This document shows, piece after piece, positions 60,834 through 64,000 of a stretch of 64,000 nucleotides of DNA. The position numbers and the translations under genes are program-made. Every line of letters begins with the position of its first letter. Within the stretch, counting starts at the first letter, position 1. The notes under the pieces were generated by a model that did not search any database, was not told the origin of the DNA, and saw only the letters and a program-made list of their open reading frames with translations. This stretch comes from Calditrichales bacterium. Lineage in GTDB: Bacteria; Calditrichota; Calditrichia; Calditrichales; J004. The stretch lies in contig OZ254086.1 of NCBI GenBank assembly GCA_965267575.1, positions 2,208,001 through 2,272,000 of the forward strand, written 5' to 3'.

Positions 60834-61897
60834 GTTTCCGTTTGATCTATTATCGCTTTGCCAACTCTCTTGGCATATTCGGGAGGAACCGCATTGCCAA
60901 TTATCTTAGCCGTTATCGCAATGCTTTTTGCTTTAAAAATATAGCTTTTAGGAAAAGTCTGAAGCGTTGCTCCCTCGCGTAATGATAATGCTCTGTTTTC
61001 TTCTGGATGACCGAAACGCCCGTTTGACAAACTGTGAAACTTAGTCGTTATTGTTGGGGCGGGCTTGTCCCAATATATTCTTCCATATGTATCTACAAAA
61101 GAATTAGAATCTCTATTCTTATATGTTTCTAACTGTAAGTCAGTGTTTGCCCAATCTGATCTTGTACCGCCATCTTTTTTTGTAGAACAAATTCTCTTCA
61201 GGTTTTTTTCGCTTAAGCCCGATGCAGTGTGCATAAAGTTAGTATAATCTTTGTGACCGCAAGATATTTTGGGGAATCCATTTCTTAAACCTATAAAATC
61301 TCTTACAACAGGAGGGTGGCCAATATCCTCTTTAGGAAAAATTCCTTTTTTAATAACTCTTGATGCTATTAATGTAAATCTTTTTCTAATCTGAGGTACG
61401 CCAAACTTATTTAGATTGACTATTTTATGTTCTACTTTAAAATCCATATTTTTAAGCGCTTTAATAAATAGTTCAATGCCGCTTTCGGATCGCCTAGTCC
61501 AGATTCCTGGAACGTTTTCAACAACCACATAGCCTGGTTTATAATGGCTTATAAAACGCAGAAAATCAAATAGCAGATTTTTGGATTTGCTTGAATTATC
61601 TTTGTTGGTATTTAATTTTGTCCAAAATTGACAAGGACTACAGCCAACAAAAATCATACTATCATCATTAATACTAATTTCGACGTAATCAGTTAAACTT
61701 TTTTCGCTTAGTCTTGTAATGTCGGCGTGAATAAATTTTGCCTGTTTTAGGTTTGCCTCATATGTATCTCTGCATGTTATATCAATATCAAGTCCAGCAA
61801 TTACATCAACACCGGCCTGCTGTAATCCAAAACTCATTCCGCCACCTGAACAGAAGAAGTCGATTGCCTTGATTTTATTACTGCGATTCAAAAACAT
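60830..61897 (-). CDS. DNA cytosine-C5 methyltransferase
   Basis: Motifs I DFFCSGGG, IV SPCQ, VI ENV, VIII Q.RKR, IX RE..LQTFP, X GNAVPP. Confidence 0.95.
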   Translation of the reverse strand: MFLNRSNKIKAIDFFCSGGGMSFGLQQAGVDVIAGLDIDITCRDTYEANLKQAKFIHADITRLSEKSLTDYVEISINDDSMIFVGCSPCQFWTKLNTNKDNSSKSKNLLFDFLRFISHYKPGYVVVENVPGIWTRRSESGIELFIKALKNMDFKVEHKIVNLNKFGVPQIRKRFTLIASRVIKKGIFPKEDIGHPPVVRDFIGLRNGFPKISCGHKDYTNFMHTASGLSEKNLKRICSTKKDGGTRSDWANTDLQLETYKNRDSNSFVDTYGRIYWDKPAPTITTKFHSLSNGRFGHPEENRALSLREGATLQTFPKSYIFKAKSIAITAKIIGNAVPPEYAKRVGKAIIDQTET

Positions 61898-62059
61898 ATT
61901 TTTAACTGGTAAGAGTTTGCGTAAATCTTAATGGGCAAATGATAGATGAATTTAGTATTCAGCGCAATACTGTTGTAAGCTTTTTCCTTTGACAAAATAA
62001 TATTTCTTAAAGTAACACTTATCTTTTTAACCCTATTAAAGCACTGCCCAAATCAGCTA

Positions 62060-62551
62060 TCATTCTCCCTTCTTCTCCACCGAGCTGGCGTGGTCTTTTA
62101 TCACGTACCAGGTGCCGTTTTCCTTGCGCAGGGCGTAGCTCACGCTCATGCGGTTGAAATAGGGTTTGCCGTGGCGCTCGGGCTCGCGGTACAAAATTTC
62201 CGTGGTGGCCAGGGCCAGCTCCTGCCCGACTTCCAGTTTCAGTATCTGCCAGTCAAAACTCCAGCCCGTTTCTTTGAACCAGACTTCGTGCATCTCCACA
62301 AAACTTTGCACGTCGCCGCTGATTTCTTGTCCGGGCAAAATAAGCTCCATCTCGCCGCTGGGGGAAAGGGTATTTTTCAGCGTGGGCAAATCCTTACTGG
62401 CGATGGCGCGCAGGTGTGTTTCCAGCACCAGCCGGGCTTCGGTGGTAGCGCGTTCCTTGTTGGGCGGGGCCGTGCAGGCGCAAAGCAGAAGCGTGGCGGC
62501 AAAAAGAAAGGCCAAAGCTGTAGGTTGAAGCCGGGGATATGTCATTGTCAT
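62060..62551 (-). CDS. NTF2/SnoaL-like lipoprotein
   Basis: Signal peptide with Cys; C-terminal ENGTWYVIKDHAS typical of the NTF2-like fold. Confidence 0.75.
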   Translation of the reverse strand: MTMTYPRLQPTALAFLFAATLLLCACTAPPNKERATTEARLVLETHLRAIASKDLPTLKNTLSPSGEMELILPGQEISGDVQSFVEMHEVWFKETGWSFDWQILKLEVGQELALATTEILYREPERHGKPYFNRMSVSYALRKENGTWYVIKDHASSVEKKGE

Positions 62552-62712
62552 TACTCGCGTTAGTAAGCATCAATAATAGGAGATATTTCAATAACGGGCA
62601 ATGGTGGATTTTTGAACGGTCTAAAAATATTTAAGAGAATACAACCTGGATAGTATTCGATCGGATGGTATACGACGAAGCTAACCTATGGCGTTGGCCC
62701 CGTTTTGAAATT

Positions 62713-62883
62713 TTACTTTTCAGCTTTTCTGCTTTTATGCATTGAGGGGTGTAGAGGCTTTTTCTTTTTAAGATACTCAGAGAGCTCTTTGTAAGACATA
62801 TTCTTTATATCGTCACTGATTTTTTCCCTGATGTCTCGAAGCTGCCGGATGACAGATTGTTTAGCTTTTGGCTTAGTCTTCAT
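62713..62883 (-). CDS. 56-aa partner of the PIN protein (putative antitoxin); below the ORF-track cutoff
   Basis: Hand translation MKTKPKAKQSVIRQLRDIREKISDDIKNMSYKELSEYLKKKKPLHPSMHKSRKAEK; overlaps the PIN 3' end by 11 nt. Confidence 0.6.
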   Translation of the reverse strand: MKTKPKAKQSVIRQLRDIREKISDDIKNMSYKELSEYLKKKKPLHPSMHKSRKAEK

Positions 62884-63337
62884 ATTCCAGTATTTCCCTT
62901 GGTGTTCTTATTTCAAGTATTTGATGTCCATGCCGGTAATTAACAGAATTGTATCCTCTGATTCGATTTATGTTCACAATGTGTTTAAAATTCCAGCTCA
63001 CAAGAATATCCGCATTATTCAATGTCGCCAACGCAATGTGAAGACAATCCGCACGGCTCGCTTTCCCCACAACCTTTTCGTTAATATAGCTGTCAGCTAA
63101 TTCGATCGCGTCTTTTGTTAGCTCGACCACTTCTACATATTTCGCGGGAATTTCGAGTACCAGTTCTTTTACTTGCTCTGGTGCCCGGTTTAGTTCATCA
63201 TCTGTTAACCGCGAATAAAGTAGTCGATATTGCCCCTTCTTAATTCGGTCAAATAATAACCTGGTCCATAATTCAAATTCCGGATCAAATTGTCCTCCGA
63301 ATACTGATGTGTCGAGATATAAAAGATCCATTTTCAC
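62873..63337 (-). CDS. PIN-domain (VapC-like) ribonuclease
   Basis: YLDTSV, EL, DCLHIA, LVSWNFKH, TP.E. Confidence 0.88.
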   Translation of the reverse strand: MKMDLLYLDTSVFGGQFDPEFELWTRLLFDRIKKGQYRLLYSRLTDDELNRAPEQVKELVLEIPAKYVEVVELTKDAIELADSYINEKVVGKASRADCLHIALATLNNADILVSWNFKHIVNINRIRGYNSVNYRHGHQILEIRTPREILEYED

Positions 63338-63606
63338 GTTAGCTCAAATTGGGACACATAGATTTCAATCCAGCGAGATATTAGTTAATTCATAACGCAA
63401 AACCCGGGCAAAAGCAATCACAAAATAGAATATACTTCTCCGATTCACAAGAGCTGATCATAGCATTTGTCATTTAAATAGATTTGATCGTTGGACTGAA
63501 TTGTTCACAGAATGCGTTACGTTTTCAACATATATAATATCATTTTGCAAAAATTAGTAAATCCTATAATTTGTCCTCCAAACATGATTATACGGAAGAT
63601 GCTAAT

Positions 63607-64000
63607 ATGGACCCGATTTCCCTGACTGAACTACAGAATGCCATAGGCCGCAAGAACACACGGCTAATCGATACCCGCCCGGTGGATGCCTACAACGGCT
63701 GGCGCGAGCGCGGCGAAAAACGCGGCGGACACATCGCGGGCGCTAAAAGCCTGCCCGCCAAATGGGCCAATTATATCGACTGGATCGAGATTGTCCGCTC
63801 CAAGGGTCTGGCACCCGAACATGAACTGATTTTATACGGCTACGACCGCGCGGAGACCGAAAAGGTAGCCCGTGTTTTTCAGCGGGCCGGTTATGAAAAC
63901 GTAAAGCTGTATCACGGTTTTGTGAAAGAATACAGCGCCGATGAAAGCCTACCCATGCAGCGATTGCAGCGCTACCGTCAGCTGGTTTCCGCCCACTGGC
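63607..64000 (+). CDS. Multidomain rhodanese/thiosulfate sulfurtransferase (3' truncated)
   Basis: Hand translation: LIDTRP..AYNGW..RGGHIAGAK; frame open to the window end. Confidence 0.85.
   Translation, partial: MDPISLTELQNAIGRKNTRLIDTRPVDAYNGWRERGEKRGGHIAGAKSLPAKWANYIDWIEIVRSKGLAPEHELILYGYDRAETEKVARVFQRAGYENVKLYHGFVKEYSADESLPMQRLQRYRQLVSAHW

Noticed and set aside
62711-62740. 8-nt periodic tract TTTTACTT-TTCAGCTT-TTCTGCTT
   Set aside because: Short, lies within a Lys-rich coding end, and no inverted partner was seen.
56325-63600. Prophage or integrative element carrying the defence island
   Set aside because: No integrase, tRNA target or flanking direct repeats were found by eye; only the compositional shift supports horizontal origin.

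Overview
Bacterial chromosomal window with moderately GC-rich core genes. Gene content suggests an FCB-related lineage such as Calditrichota, but that is inference only. From 5' to 3' it holds: the dcw cluster (murF partial-mraY-murD-ftsW-murG-murC-ftsQ-ftsA-ftsZ); a small MerR-type HTH gene; a minus-strand purN-purH-mreBCD-mrdA-rodA-cpoB run; an LD-carboxypeptidase; a probable FIST remnant plus hybrid histidine kinase; serA; a six-gene sulfide/sulfane-sulfur module (Cys-rich MerR, SQR, DUF1641-like, TusE-like, DsrE2-like, FadL-like barrel); 2-oxoacid dehydrogenase E1/E2; a YgfZ-like gene; an ATPase + 3x MscS + CorA block; a near-complete heme cluster; an AT-rich five-gene island; a PIN toxin pair; and a truncated rhodanese. 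Two things stand out. (1) Intergenic spaces of the hem operon are colonised by several unrelated repeat families. The most striking is a ~30-bp motif with 9-nt periodicity (CACCATGAAG-RR-CATGAAG-RR-CATGAAG) that forms inverted pairs on both sides of a GxxExxY nuclease gene and again in the next spacer. This RAYT/REPIN-like layout is built around a non-HUH nuclease. (2) The AT-rich island encodes C5 methyltransferase, GHKL ATPase-histidine kinase fusion, receiver-domain protein, Vsr and HNH, which looks like a restriction-modification-like defence operon containing a two-component phosphorelay. No rRNA, tRNA or CRISPR array was recognised. All product calls rest on motif recognition, not database searches.
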